Below, piece after piece: positions 52,035 through 62,693 of a stretch of 64,000 nucleotides of DNA (within the stretch, counting starts at the first letter, position 1; each line of letters starts with the position of its first letter). The stretch comes from an uncultured Chloroflexia bacterium (GTDB taxonomy: Bacteria; Chloroflexota; Limnocylindria; Limnocylindrales; CSP1-4). The notes below the pieces were generated by a model. The model did not search any database. It saw nothing but the letters and a program-made list of their open reading frames with translations, and was not told the origin of the DNA. Location: contig CAVVJT010000007.1 of NCBI GenBank assembly GCA_963748625.1, forward strand, positions 416,001 through 480,000, read 5' to 3'. The translations under genes and the position numbers were made by a program.

Positions 52035-52688
52035 CTACGGTGTCGGGGCCAGCTCGTCGAGGCGGTCGTCGCGCCCGATGAGCGTCAGCTGGTCGCCGGC
52101 CTGCACCACCTCGGCGCCCGCCGGGTTGACCGTCACCTCGTTGCCCCGTCGCAGGGCGATGACGGTGAGCCCCAGGCGATCGAGCAGCCCCACCTCGTCC
52201 AGCCGTCGGCCGAGGAAGAGTGCGGTGGGCGTGATGGTCAGCACGCCGAAACGCGGCCCGATGTCGAGGAAGTCCACCACGGCCGGGACGTGGAAGGAGT
52301 GGGCTGTCCGCTCGCCCATCTCGCGCTCCGGCTGGATGGTGCGGTCCGCCCCGACGCGCTCGAGAATCGAGGCATGGACGTCCGAGGCGGCCTTGGCGAT
52401 GACGTTGCGCACCCCGAGCTGCTTGAGCAGCATCGTCACGATGATGCTCGCCTCGAGGTTGACGCTGATCCCGACGATCGCATGCTCGAAGTCGGCCGCG
52501 CCCAGCGCGCGCAGACCGGCCTCGTTCGTGGCGTCCATGACGACGGCGCGCGTGACCTGGGGCGCGATCGCGTTGACCACCTCCTCATTGCCGTCCACGG
52601 CGAGGACCTCGTGGCCCAGCGTCATCAGCTCCCGGGCGGCGGCCGACCCGAATCGCCCGAGACCGATCACGAGGACGGCGTGCTTCAT
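52035..52688 (-). CDS. ktrA: TrkA/KtrA potassium uptake regulatory subunit
   Basis: VIGLGRFGS (RCK_N), LERVGAD..PEREMG, RCK_C domain. Confidence 0.92.
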   Translation of the reverse strand: MKHAVLVIGLGRFGSAAARELMTLGHEVLAVDGNEEVVNAIAPQVTRAVVMDATNEAGLRALGAADFEHAIVGISVNLEASIIVTMLLKQLGVRNVIAKAASDVHASILERVGADRTIQPEREMGERTAHSFHVPAVVDFLDIGPRFGVLTITPTALFLGRRLDEVGLLDRLGLTVIALRRGNEVTVNPAGAEVVQAGDQLTLIGRDDRLDELAPTP

Positions 52689-52706
52689 GGCGCTCCCTTC
52701 CGGTGG

Positions 52707-54137
52707 CTATCCGATGCGGACTGATTCGACGGGGTAGGTGTAGAGCCGCGGCTGCTCGCGGGCGGTGAGGGCGAGGACGAGGGTGAGCGGCCCCAGCCGG
52801 CCGGTGAACATCGCGATCGCGAGCAGGACCAGCGACGGGTCCTCCAGGCCGGGTGTGATCCCGGTGGACGAGCCCACGGTCGCCAGTGCCGAAACCGACT
52901 CGAACAGGGTGTCGGTGTACGCCAATCCCGTCTGGGCGGTAAGCACCAGCGCGACGATGAAGACGGCACCCATGAACAGCACCGCCACCGACAGCGCGCG
53001 GGCGACGATCGCTGGCGGCAGGCGGCGCCCGAAGGCTTCGACGGCATCGCGACCACGGATGGTGGAGACGACGGTGGCCAGCAGCACCGCGAAGGTGTTG
53101 ACCTTGATGCCGCCGCCGGTGGAGCCGGACGCCGCGCCGATGAACATCAGGGCGATGGCGAAGAACAGCGACTGCATCATCAGGCCGCCGGTCGGCACCG
53201 CGGCGAATCCGGCGGTCCGCAGCACCGTGGACTGGAACGCGGCGTTGACCACCTTGTCCACCGGCTGGAGCGGCCCCAGCGTCTGGGGATTGGACCACTC
53301 GAACCAGGCGAACGCGACCGTCCCGCCCGCCAGCAGGACCGCCGTGACCAGGAGCACCAGCTTCGTCTCGAGCGCGAGTCGGGTCCAGCGGCGAACGACC
53401 GCCACATCTGCCAGGATCGCGTACCCGAGCCCGCCCGCGACGATGAGCGCGCCGAGCGACGCCAGGATCAGCGGCTGGTCGTTGTACGGGATGAAGCTGG
53501 TGAAGCCTCCGAGGACGTCGAACCCTGCGTTGTTGAACGCCGAGACGGCGTGGAAGACGCCGTACCAGGCGGCCTGGAGGGGATCGCTGCCCGTCGAGGC
53601 GAACAGGAGCGCGAGGACGGCAGCGCCGATGGCCTCTGCTGTGAAGGCGAACACCGCGATCCGGCGCACGGTGCTGCGAACCGCGCCCAGGTCCCGCACG
53701 CCCACAGTCTCCTGGGCCACGATCCGGTCACGGAGCGCGGTTCTGCGGCTCACGCGGAGGAAGAGGACCAGGGTGGAGCCGGCCATGAAGCCGAGCCCGC
53801 CCGCCTGGATCAGCAGCAGGATGGCCACCTGGCCGATCGGGCTCCAGTAGGTCCCCGAGTCCACCACCTGGAGGCCGGTCACCGACACGGCAGAGGTTGC
53901 AGTGAACAGCGCGGTGACCGGGTCGGTCCACGTCCCCTGCGCTGATGCGAGTGGGGTCGTGAGAACCACGGTGCCCAAGGCGATCAGCAGCAGGAAGCCC
54001 GCCGCGAGGATCGCGGCGGGCGGTCTGGGTTTGCGGGGGACGATGTCTGGCCCGCCGAGCGTCACCCGCAGCGGGTTCCGCCTCGTATGCCGGGCCCGGC
54101 CGACGTCGGCCGTGGGCTGCTCGGCGGATCCGGTCAT
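52707..54137 (-). CDS. ktrB: TrkH/KtrB potassium uptake membrane subunit
   Basis: FTATSAVSVTGL, FHAVSAFNNAGF, RTAGF, GSTGGGIKV, FESVSALATVG, MFTGRLG. Confidence 0.93.
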   Translation of the reverse strand: MTGSAEQPTADVGRARHTRRNPLRVTLGGPDIVPRKPRPPAAILAAGFLLLIALGTVVLTTPLASAQGTWTDPVTALFTATSAVSVTGLQVVDSGTYWSPIGQVAILLLIQAGGLGFMAGSTLVLFLRVSRRTALRDRIVAQETVGVRDLGAVRSTVRRIAVFAFTAEAIGAAVLALLFASTGSDPLQAAWYGVFHAVSAFNNAGFDVLGGFTSFIPYNDQPLILASLGALIVAGGLGYAILADVAVVRRWTRLALETKLVLLVTAVLLAGGTVAFAWFEWSNPQTLGPLQPVDKVVNAAFQSTVLRTAGFAAVPTGGLMMQSLFFAIALMFIGAASGSTGGGIKVNTFAVLLATVVSTIRGRDAVEAFGRRLPPAIVARALSVAVLFMGAVFIVALVLTAQTGLAYTDTLFESVSALATVGSSTGITPGLEDPSLVLLAIAMFTGRLGPLTLVLALTAREQPRLYTYPVESVRIG

Positions 54138-54165
54138 ACGGGCGCGGGCAGCCCCCCGGGCTCGG

Positions 54166-54405
54166 TCAGTGGGCCTTGGTGTAGGCGACGGCCACCGCGC
54201 CGAGCTTCTGCTCCACGCCCTGGAGGCACTCCAGCTCGGAGGCCGTGAGCGGGGCCGGCTGGAGGCCCATGGAGGACGGGTCTGCGAGCGGGGCGCCCTG
54301 GGCGAAGACCAGGACGATATCGGCGTTCAGCGACGCCTCCGTCTCCTGGAGCAGGGCGATGCCGCTGCGATCGAGGCGGGCCCAGTTCCAGCCGATGTCG
54401 TTCAT
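54166..54405 (-). CDS. Small hypothetical protein with an internal duplication
   Basis: 79 aa with two similar halves (ARLDRSGIALLQETEASLNADIVLVF / APLTASELECLQGVEQKLGAVAVAY). SD AGGAG. Confidence 0.7.
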   Translation of the reverse strand: MNDIGWNWARLDRSGIALLQETEASLNADIVLVFAQGAPLADPSSMGLQPAPLTASELECLQGVEQKLGAVAVAYTKAH

Positions 54406-54551
54406 GGATCATGTCTCCTGCGGCGGTTGGCGGGATTATCCCGCGTCGGACGGCCTGCTGTCACGCGCCTTGCGCGCAAAGGCGAACGGCCCGCCGGGGA
54501 TGCCGGCGGGCCGAAGTGTGTGCGGGATCCGGGCGATCGCCCGGGCGGAGG

Positions 54552-56471
54552 CTAGACCTCCTTGAACTCACCCTCGACCGTCTCGTCACCCTCGGGGGCG
54601 GCCTCGCCCTGCGAGGCCTGCTCGCCACCGGGCTGCTCGCCGCCGGGCTGCTCGCTCGCGGCCGCGCCGGCCTGGTAGGCGGCCGTGGACACCCGGTTGA
54701 GCGTCTCGATGATCTTGTCCATGCCGGCCCGGATCAGCTCGAGGTTGTCGCCCTTGAGCGCCTCGCGCAGCCCGGCGACCTGCGTCTCGACCTCGGCCTT
54801 GTCCTCGGAGGACACCTTGTCGCCGAGATCCTTGAGCGTGCGCTCGGCCTGGTACGTGAGCTGCTCGGCCTGGTTGCGGAGCTCGACCTCCTCGCGCCGC
54901 TTCTTGTCGTCGTCGGCGTGGGACTCGGCGTCGCGGACCATCCGGTCCACGTCGTCCTTGCTGAGCATCGAGGACGCGGTGATCCGGACCTGCTGCTCCT
55001 TGCTGGTGGCGCGATCCTTCGCCTTGACGTCGAGGATGCCGTTCGCATCGATGTCGAACGTCACCTCGACCTGCGGGATGCCGCGGGGCGCCGGCGGGAT
55101 GCCGTCAAGGATGAACTTGCCCAGCGTCTTGTTGTCCTGCGCGAAGTCACGCTCGCCCTGGAGGACGTGGATCTCAACCTGGCTCTGGTTGTCCGAGGCC
55201 GTCGAGAACACCTGCGACTTCGAGGTCGGGATGGTGGTGTTGCGGTCGATCAGGCGGGTCATCACGCCGCCCAGCGTCTCGATGCCGAGGCTCAGCGGGG
55301 TGACGTCGAGGAGGAGGACGTCCTTCACCTCGCCGCCGAGGACACCGGCCTGGATGGCCGCGCCGATGGCCACGACCTCGTCCGGGTTGACGCCGCGGTG
55401 CGGCTCCTTGCCGAACAGGGCCTTGACGGCCTCCTGGACCGCCGGCATCCGGGTCATACCGCCGACGAGGATGACCTCGTTGATGTCGGAGGGCTTGAGG
55501 CCCGCGTCCTTGAGGGCTGCGATGACCGGGGTCTTGGTCTTCTCGATGAGATCGCCCACGAGCGACTCGAGCTTGGCCCGGGTGAGGCCCACGACGAGGT
55601 GCTTGGGACCGGTCGCGTCGGCCGTGATGTACGGCAGGTTGATCTCGGTGGACGCCGTCGAGGACAGCTCGATCTTGGCCTTCTCGGCCGCCTCCTTGAG
55701 GCGCTGCAGGGCCTGCTGGTCCTTCGCGAGGTCCATGCCCTGTTCCTTCTTGAACTCGTCGAGCAGCCACTCGATGACGCGCTGGTCGAAGTCGTCGCCG
55801 CCGAGGTGCGTGTCGCCGTTGGTCGCCTTGACCTCGAAGACGCCCTCGCCCAGCTCCAGGATGGAGATGTCGAAGGTGCCGCCGCCCAGGTCGTAGACCG
55901 CGATCTTCTCGTCGTGCTTCTTGTCGAGGCCGTACGCGAGCGCGGACGCGGTGGGCTCGTTGATGATCCGCTTGACCTCGAGGCCCGCGATCCGGCCGGC
56001 GTCCTTGGTCGCCTGGCGCTGCGTGTCGTCGAAGTACGCGGGGACGGTGATGACCGCCTCGGTCACCTTCTCGCCCAGGTACGCCTCGGCGTCGGCCTTG
56101 AGCTTCTGGAGGACCATCGCGCTGATCTCCGGCGGCGTGTAGTGGCCGTCGCCGGCGACGACACGGATGCCGTCGGACTTGGGATCCTTCTCGACCGTGT
56201 AGGGCACGAGCTTCAGCGAGTGCTTCGTCTCGGGGTCGTCCCAACGGCGGCCCATGAAGCGCTTGATCGAGTAGATGGTGTTGGCGGGGTTCGTGACCGC
56301 CTGGCGCTTGGCCAGCTGGCCGACGACGCGCTCACCCGACTTCGGGAAGCCGACGACCGACGGGACGGTGCGATTGCCCTCGGAGCTGGGGATGACGGTG
56401 GGCTCGCCGCCCTCCATCACCGCGACGACGGAGTTGGTCGTCCCGAGGTCGATGCCGATGATCTTGCCCAT
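54552..56471 (-). CDS. dnaK: Chaperone DnaK
   Basis: [36 protein letters not shown]. Confidence 0.99.
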   Translation of the reverse strand: MGKIIGIDLGTTNSVVAVMEGGEPTVIPSSEGNRTVPSVVGFPKSGERVVGQLAKRQAVTNPANTIYSIKRFMGRRWDDPETKHSLKLVPYTVEKDPKSDGIRVVAGDGHYTPPEISAMVLQKLKADAEAYLGEKVTEAVITVPAYFDDTQRQATKDAGRIAGLEVKRIINEPTASALAYGLDKKHDEKIAVYDLGGGTFDISILELGEGVFEVKATNGDTHLGGDDFDQRVIEWLLDEFKKEQGMDLAKDQQALQRLKEAAEKAKIELSSTASTEINLPYITADATGPKHLVVGLTRAKLESLVGDLIEKTKTPVIAALKDAGLKPSDINEVILVGGMTRMPAVQEAVKALFGKEPHRGVNPDEVVAIGAAIQAGVLGGEVKDVLLLDVTPLSLGIETLGGVMTRLIDRNTTIPTSKSQVFSTASDNQSQVEIHVLQGERDFAQDNKTLGKFILDGIPPAPRGIPQVEVTFDIDANGILDVKAKDRATSKEQQVRITASSMLSKDDVDRMVRDAESHADDDKKRREEVELRNQAEQLTYQAERTLKDLGDKVSSEDKAEVETQVAGLREALKGDNLELIRAGMDKIIETLNRVSTAAYQAGAAASEQPGGEQPGGEQASQGEAAPEGDETVEGEFKEV

Positions 56472-56529
56472 GCTGGGGAGTCTCCTGGTTGGTTGTGGGT
56501 TCGGTTTCGGGTTGGAGTGGTGGTCGCTG

Positions 56530-57153
56530 CTAGTTGGTGGGGCCGGCGCCCGTGTCGTCGCCCGCCGCGACGGCCACGAGGGCAGGCCGGATGACGCGCT
56601 CTCGCAGGCGGTAGCCGCGCCGGACCTCGCCGACGATCAGCCCCTCCTCGAGGCCCGTGCCAGGCACGCTGGCGATCGCCTCGTGCTCGCGTGGATCGAA
56701 GGTCATGCCCTGCGCCACCTCGACCGGCGTGACCCCCTCGCTCTCGAGGAGCAGGCGCAGCTTGCGGTCGATGGCGGCGATCCCGTCGGCCCAGGCGTCG
56801 CCCTCGAGGGTCGCCGGGCGGTTGTCGATCGCGCGGTCGAAGTCGTCCGCGAGCGTCAGCACCTTGCCGATCAGGTCCACGCCGGCCAGGCCCCGCTCCT
56901 CGGCGCGCTCCTTGGCGGTGCGCGTCTTGAAGTTCGTGAACTCGGCCCGCTCGCGCTGGAGGGCGAGCAGGTACTCGTCCTTCTCGGCAAGCGCGGTGTC
57001 CCTGTCCGCGAGGGCTGCGTCGCGCTCGCCCGTAAGGGACTCGATCTGCGTGAGGAGTGCCGCGGGTGAGATGTCGATCTCGTCCGCCCGCTCGTCGGCG
57101 CGTGTTCTGCGGGTCATGGGTCTCCTGGAGCCGTGGGGATCGTGCTCAGGCAT
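56530..57153 (-). CDS. grpE: Nucleotide exchange factor GrpE
   Basis: [43 protein letters not shown]. Confidence 0.96.
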   Translation of the reverse strand: MPEHDPHGSRRPMTRRTRADERADEIDISPAALLTQIESLTGERDAALADRDTALAEKDEYLLALQRERAEFTNFKTRTAKERAEERGLAGVDLIGKVLTLADDFDRAIDNRPATLEGDAWADGIAAIDRKLRLLLESEGVTPVEVAQGMTFDPREHEAIASVPGTGLEEGLIVGEVRRGYRLRERVIRPALVAVAAGDDTGAGPTN

Positions 57154-58207
57154 AGAGGTGGTCGATGAGCTCGTTCATAAGGCCGGACACGAAGCGGACC
57201 GTGCCGATCGCCTGCGGGTACGCCATGCGGGTGGGCCCGAGGACACCAACGACGCCGACCGCGCGGCCGGGATTGCCATAGGGCGCCAGGACCAGCGACA
57301 CGTCCGCCATCTCCTCGGCAGGGTTCTCCGAGCCGATGAAGACGCGCACCCGGCCGTCCTGGGCCACGCTGCCGATCAGCTGGGCGAGGTAGGCGCGGTT
57401 CTCGAGCGCCGCGAAGACCCGCCGCAGCTTCTCGCTCTGGGCGAACTCCGGGGCCGCCATCACGTTGAGGAGGCCGTCGCTGAACAGCTCCTCGATCGCG
57501 GCGCCGTCGAACTCCTGGAGGGCGCGGACCACGCGCTCGCCGATCCTGCGCGGCAGCTCGTCGGCGGGGTCGTCCGTGTCCAGCGCGGCGAGGGCGATCT
57601 CCGCCTGGGCGGCGGTGCAGCCGTCGAGCAGCTCGTTGAGACGGTTGGCGACGGTGGTCAGCTCGTCCTGGTCGCAGGCGTGGTCAAGGCCGCACAGGAC
57701 CTGCTTGAGCGCGCCCTCACGCAGGACCAGGATCAGGCTGGCCATGCGGTCGCTGATGCTCACGAGGTCCAGCCGGCGCAGGTGGGCACTGATTGGCTTC
57801 GCGGGGGTGGCAAGACCGGCGGCGCGGGTGACCGATGCGAGCGTGGTGGCCGCAAGCCGGAACCAGTGCTCCGACGCGTACTCCACTTGCCCGAACTGGT
57901 GGCGGATCATCAGCTGCTCCACCGGCGGGAGGGGCACCGTGTCCACGATCGACTCGACGTAGAAGCGGTAGCCGTGCTCGGTGGGGACGCGTCCGGCAGA
58001 GGTGTGCGGATGCATCAGGAGACCGGCCGCCTCGAGCTCGGCGAGGACGCCACGGACCGTGGCGCTGGACACACCAAGCCGATAGCGCTCCACGAGCGCC
58101 TGGCTGCCAACCGGGTTGGCGGTGGTGACATATTCCTCGATGACGGCCCGGAGGATCGCCTGGGAACGGAGATCAAGGGGGCCGCTGGAGCGACGAGCTC
58201 GCGCCAT
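57146..58207 (-). CDS. hrcA: Heat-inducible transcription repressor HrcA
   Basis: ILRAVIEEYV..PVGS..SSATVR..PHTSAGRVPT..GYRFYV..GVLGPTRMAY. Confidence 0.97.
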   Translation of the reverse strand: MARARRSSGPLDLRSQAILRAVIEEYVTTANPVGSQALVERYRLGVSSATVRGVLAELEAAGLLMHPHTSAGRVPTEHGYRFYVESIVDTVPLPPVEQLMIRHQFGQVEYASEHWFRLAATTLASVTRAAGLATPAKPISAHLRRLDLVSISDRMASLILVLREGALKQVLCGLDHACDQDELTTVANRLNELLDGCTAAQAEIALAALDTDDPADELPRRIGERVVRALQEFDGAAIEELFSDGLLNVMAAPEFAQSEKLRRVFAALENRAYLAQLIGSVAQDGRVRVFIGSENPAEEMADVSLVLAPYGNPGRAVGVVGVLGPTRMAYPQAIGTVRFVSGLMNELIDHLYA

Positions 58208-58226
58208 GCAGCTCTCCTGCGGTTTG

Positions 58227-58253
58227 TTGGCACTCGCACCATGAGAGTGCTAA
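58227..58253. promoter_or_regulatory. CIRCE element (HrcA operator)
   Basis: TTGGCACTC-N9-GAGTGCTAA (minus strand TTAGCACTC-N9-GAGTGCCAA). Confidence 0.95.
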
Positions 58254-58266
58254 CTGCGTTGTGGGA

Positions 58267-58296
58267 AGTCTAGCGCTCGGCCCTCGAGAGTGTCAA
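58267..58296 (-). promoter_or_regulatory. Second, degenerate CIRCE overlapping the hrcA promoter
   Basis: Minus strand TTGACACTC-N9-GAGCGCTAG. It contains -35 TTGACA and overlaps -10 TAGACT (18 nt spacer). Confidence 0.8.
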
Positions 58297-58541
58297 CGAC
58301 CGGCCTGGGTTGTGCCCCGGGTTGTCCTCGGGTGTGTCGAGCAGGCGGGTGGGTTCCCGAGGGTCGGGCGAACGATCCCACCGCGCGCTGGTGCACCCGA
58401 CGTGCGGGAGCTCCGTTGCGCCGGGCCGCTCCCTTGCGCCAGGCGACCCTCCCGCCGGGAACGAGGTCGCGTCGCGCGACGGTAGTCCCACACCGCGGGA
58501 AGGACCAGGTCCCCCGGTGCCGCGCCCTGGGTGCGAGGTCG

Positions 58542-60267
58542 TCAGCCCGTCGGGACCAGCCTCGCGAAGCGGTCCCGTGCGGCTGCTGCCGAGGGATCCG
58601 ACAGCGCCGCCGCGGACTCCGTCCTCAGCACCGCCCCGTCCGCGCTCCGGATCGCGCGGCGGACGGCCGGCAGCGAGGCTGCGCCCATCGACAGGTGCGT
58701 CACGCCCAGGCCGACGAGTGCCAGAGCCGCAACCGGGTCGCCCGCCATCTCGCCGCAGACCGACAGCGAGATCCCCGCCCACCGCGCGCTCTCGGCCGCC
58801 GAGGCGACCAGCCGCAGGACCGCCGGGTGCATCGCGTCGCGGTAGCGCTCCAGCGCGGGGTTGCCGCGGTCCACCGCGAGCGTGTACTGGGTGAGGTCGT
58901 TCGTGCCGAGGCTCGCGAAGGCGATGCTGCCGAAGTAGCTGTCCGCTGCCAGCACCGCCGACGGGATCTCGAGCATGACGCCGAGCGCCACTTCACCCCG
59001 GGTGATGCCGTCCACGTCGAGGCCTTCACGGGCCTGCCGCGCGAGATCGAGGAGGAGAGCCGCATCGCCCGCATCGGCCACCATTGGCGCCATCACCTTC
59101 ACCGGCCCGGCGATCGCCGCCCGATAGCAGGCGCGCAGCTGGGTCAGGAAGATCTCCGGCCGGTCGTAGGCCAGACGCAGGGCCCGTACGCCCAGAAACG
59201 GGTTGTCCTCCTTGGGCATCGGCAGGTACGGGATGGGCTTGTCGCCGCCGATGTCGAGCAGGCGGATGGTGACCGGATCGCCGCCGAAGGCCTCGACGGC
59301 CTCGGTGTAGGCGCGGGTCTGCTCGTCCTCCGTGGGCGGCGTGGTGCGCTCGAGGAACAGGAACTCGGTGCGGAACAGGCCGACGCCGCGGGCGCCCAAG
59401 GCCCGGGCCGGGACCGCCTCCGCGGGCGTGCCGATGTTGGCCAGCAGCGTGACCTCGACGCCGTCCGTGGTCACCGCGGGCAGCCCCGCCTCCTCGACAT
59501 CGTGGGAGCGCAGATCGGCCTGGCGGGCAGCCCGCTTGTCGAAGTCGGCAGAGGTCGCGGCGTCGGCGTCGAGCACCACCTCGCCGGTGGCCCCGTCGAT
59601 GGCCATCTCCACGACGCCTGCGAGTGCATGCAGCAGACCTGGAGATCCCGACCACCGCAGGGATGCCGTAGGCGCGGGCCAGGATCGCGGCGTGGGCCGT
59701 GGGCGATCCTGCCTCGAGCGCGATGCCCAGGATGTGCTCGCGCGGCAGCGTGGCGGTGAGCGACGGTGACAGGTCCTCGCCCACCACGATGGCCGGGGCA
59801 GGCAGCAGGTCTGCCTCCTCCGGGAGGTCAGCCAGGACCCGGGCGATCCGCTCGGCGACATCGATGACGTCCGCACCGCGCGCCGCGAGCAGCTCGTCAT
59901 CGAGGGCTGCGAGCGTCGCCGCCACCTCGACGCCCGCCACCTGGATTGCGGCCACCGCGTCATCGCCATGGTCGTTGATCCGCGCCGCGGCAGCGTCGAT
60001 CAGCGTCGGGTCCCAGGCGAGCGTGGCGTGGGCCATGAAGATGCCCGACTCGTCCTCGTGGCCGGCCTCGGCCGCCCGATCAGAGAGGGCCATGAGCTCG
60101 TCAGCGGCCTGATTGGCCGCGTCGCGGAGGACTTGCTCCTCGTCCGCCTCCGCACCGGGCACGACACGACCACCGGACGGCAGGGGCTGGCGGCGCACGT
60201 GGACCCACGGCCCCCGGGCTACTCCCGGTGCCGCTGCCACGCCGCTCAACCGCCGCTCGCCCGACAT
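58542..60267 (-). CDS. ptsI: PEP-protein phosphotransferase (PTS enzyme I; frameshift at ~59640)
   Basis: GVAAAPG, GSPTAHAAILARAYGIPAVVG, GVGLFRTEFLF, IRLLDIGGDK, NPFLGVRALR, MLEIPSA, GTNDLTQY, VCGEMAGD. Confidence 0.93.
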
Positions 60268-60361
60268 CGCCCTGCCTCCCCTGCACGCTCGGCACCGCAG
60301 TCGCGGGCACGGGCCCATTGTCCGCCATCCGGGTCGGCTGGGCGGGCGGGCTGCACTGCAC

Positions 60362-60508
60362 GTGGAGCAATACCTTGGGCGGGTTGTGGTGCCGCGTTGC
60401 CCCCGACGCGAGCGTGCGCCAGCCGATGGACCATCGTGGCGCCAGGGCAGCCATGTCGATGCTGCGGGAGCAGCAGGACAACACGAAGCCCCGGAGGTAT
60501 TGCTTCAC
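60362..60508. repeat. ~147 bp intergenic element with imperfect terminal inverted repeats
   Basis: GTGGAGCAATACCTTGGG versus the reverse complement of CCGGAGGTATTGCTTCAC (15/18). Confidence 0.6.
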
Positions 60509-60572
60509 TCGCAAGCGGTGCGCCAGGTGGACATGTGCGTGCCTAGGACCCCCGGGCCGGCCTGAGGGCGTT

Positions 60573-61833
60573 TCACAGGACCCGGGCGAAGACCTCGTTC
60601 GAGAGCAGGCGGCCCGTCGTGGAGAGGCGCACGCGCGGGGCCTCCGTCGAGCCGGCGGCCTCGGGGGACCCGGTCGCCTCGAGCAGCCCGTTCGCGAGCC
60701 CCCAGTCGAGATGCGGGGCCAGCGGGCCGGTGCGGGCGTCGCCGAGATCCAGCCCGGTGTCCAGGCGCAGGGCGAGGATCACGCGCTCCGCCGCCGCACC
60801 GTCCGCGTCGATGGTCTCCCCGTCACCCGGTGGCAGCGACGGTGCCGAGCCGTCCGCGGGCGCCAGGGCGCCCAGGTAGCCCTCCAGGCGCGCGGCGTTC
60901 CAACGCCGGACGACGCCGTCGAAGGCGTGGGCGCCGGGACCCACCGCCTCGTACGAACGCCGATGCCAGTACACGAGGTTGTGGCGGCTCTCGTGACCAG
61001 GACGGGCCCAGTTGGAGATCTCGTAGCCCCGGAACCCCGCCGCGCCCAGCCGTTCCACCGCAAGCTCGTACTGCGCGGCCGCCATCGCCTCGTCCTGCCG
61101 GTTCACCGCCGCCGCCCGCCAGCGGCGCGCGCCCGGGCTCGTGGGCAGGTGGTCGCCGAGCGGGCCGGTGATCCCCTCGGCATCGGGGTCGTCGAGGGTC
61201 AGCGCGTACGCCGAGACGTGGTCCACGCCCAGGTCCAGGGCGGCCTCCAGCGTGGCGCCCCACAGATCGAGATCCTGGCCGGGCACGTCGTAGAGCAGGT
61301 CCACCGACACCGATGCGATGCCGGCCGCACGCGCGTCGGCGACAGCGCCGGCGATGTCCTCGGGGCGATGACGACGGCCAAGGCCCCGCAGCAGCGCCGG
61401 ATCGAACGACTGGGCGCCCAGCGAGAGGCGGTTGACGCCCGCATCGCGAAGCGCGGACATGTCGCCACGCTCATCGGGACCGGGGTTGGACTCGATCGTG
61501 ACCTCGGCGCCCTTCGCGATCCCGAGCCGCCCGCTGACCCGCTCCAGGATGCGCGGCGATCGTCGCCGTCGGCAGCAGGGTTGGCGTGCCCCCGCCGATG
61601 TAGACGGTCTCGAGCGGCGGATGCCCAGGGAAGTCGGCATCGAGCCGGTCGGCCCGCAGGTCGAGCTCGGTCAGCAGGGCCGACGCAAACGCCTCCACGC
61701 GGGCGCCGGGACCGCGTGCGGCTGCCCCCGCGTACACCACGAAGTCGCAGTACGGGCAGAGCGAGACGCAGAAGGGGACGTGGACGTAGAGCGCGACGGG
61801 CGGCGCAACCAGCGGGACCTGGTGGGGGTCCAC
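60573..61833 (-). CDS. hemW: Radical SAM heme chaperone HemW (HemN-like; frameshift at ~61555)
   Basis: LYVHVPFCVSLCPYCDF, YIGGGTPT, EVTIESNP, NRLSLGAQSF, YEISNWA, SRHNLVYW. Confidence 0.92.
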
Positions 61834-61837
61834 CCGC

Positions 61838-62693
61838 TCAGCGCTCGTCGTGCTCCCCGGGATCCAGCACCTGCCAGCCCTTCGGCGTGGCGTGACGGCG
61901 CTCGACCTCCTCCACCTCGGTCCCCTTCGGCTTCGGGATACCGGCGTGCCCGGTGGTCAGGAAGATCGTGACCCGGGTGATCGAGTGGCCCAGGAACGCC
62001 GCCCCGATGCCGCCGGTGATCCCGACGAGCCAGCCGCCCGCGAGGCCGATCGCAAGAACGGAGACGAGCATGTACCACGGGCGCCCCGGTGCCCCCAGGC
62101 GCGTGGCGAGGGCGTAGATGATCGCCTGGGTGACGTTGGCCAGGTTCGCGTCGATGCCCGCGGTGATCAGGAAGCCGAACAGCAGCCCGCGGAAGATCGC
62201 CTCGTCCACGAAGGCCGTCGCGATGGCGTTGATGATCGCCGCCGGGTACTGCATGAGCGGCGGGAAGCGGACCCGGTGGTACCGCAGCAGGGCGATGGAG
62301 ATGGCGATCGCCGCTCCGATCGGCGCCGTACGCCAGGCCCAGGATGACCGCGCCCAGGCGGTCACCGAGGCCCAGGAAGAGCTCGGTGTCGGCCCGCGGG
62401 TGGATCTGGAGCACGGCCATGATCCCGAGGACACCCAGGATGTACCACGCGAACCTGCGGATGATCGACGGCTTGCGCCCCCAGCGGTCCACGTCGCTGT
62501 ACTCGGCGGCGCTGAAGCGCTCGGCATCGAGCCGCAGGATCACGAGCAGCAGGGCCAGGCCGACGGCAATCAGGATCCGCAGGATCTCGGGGACCGAATC
62601 GAGCGAGGGCAGGTCCGGGAGGCTGATGTCGGGCACGGGCGGCTCAGGCGCGCACGACGGCCGTCGGACGGCAGCGGACATGACCGGCGTCAT
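61838..62693 (-). CDS. CPBP (CAAX/Abi) family intramembrane metalloprotease-like protein (frameshift at ~62320)
   Basis: Multi-TM protein with [12 protein letters not shown] and [10 protein letters not shown] motifs. Start overlaps the lepA stop. Confidence 0.75.

Noticed and set aside
61838-62693. Abortive-infection gene (Abi name)
   Set aside because: CPBP/CAAX protease family. The Abi label is historical and the gene sits in a housekeeping context.
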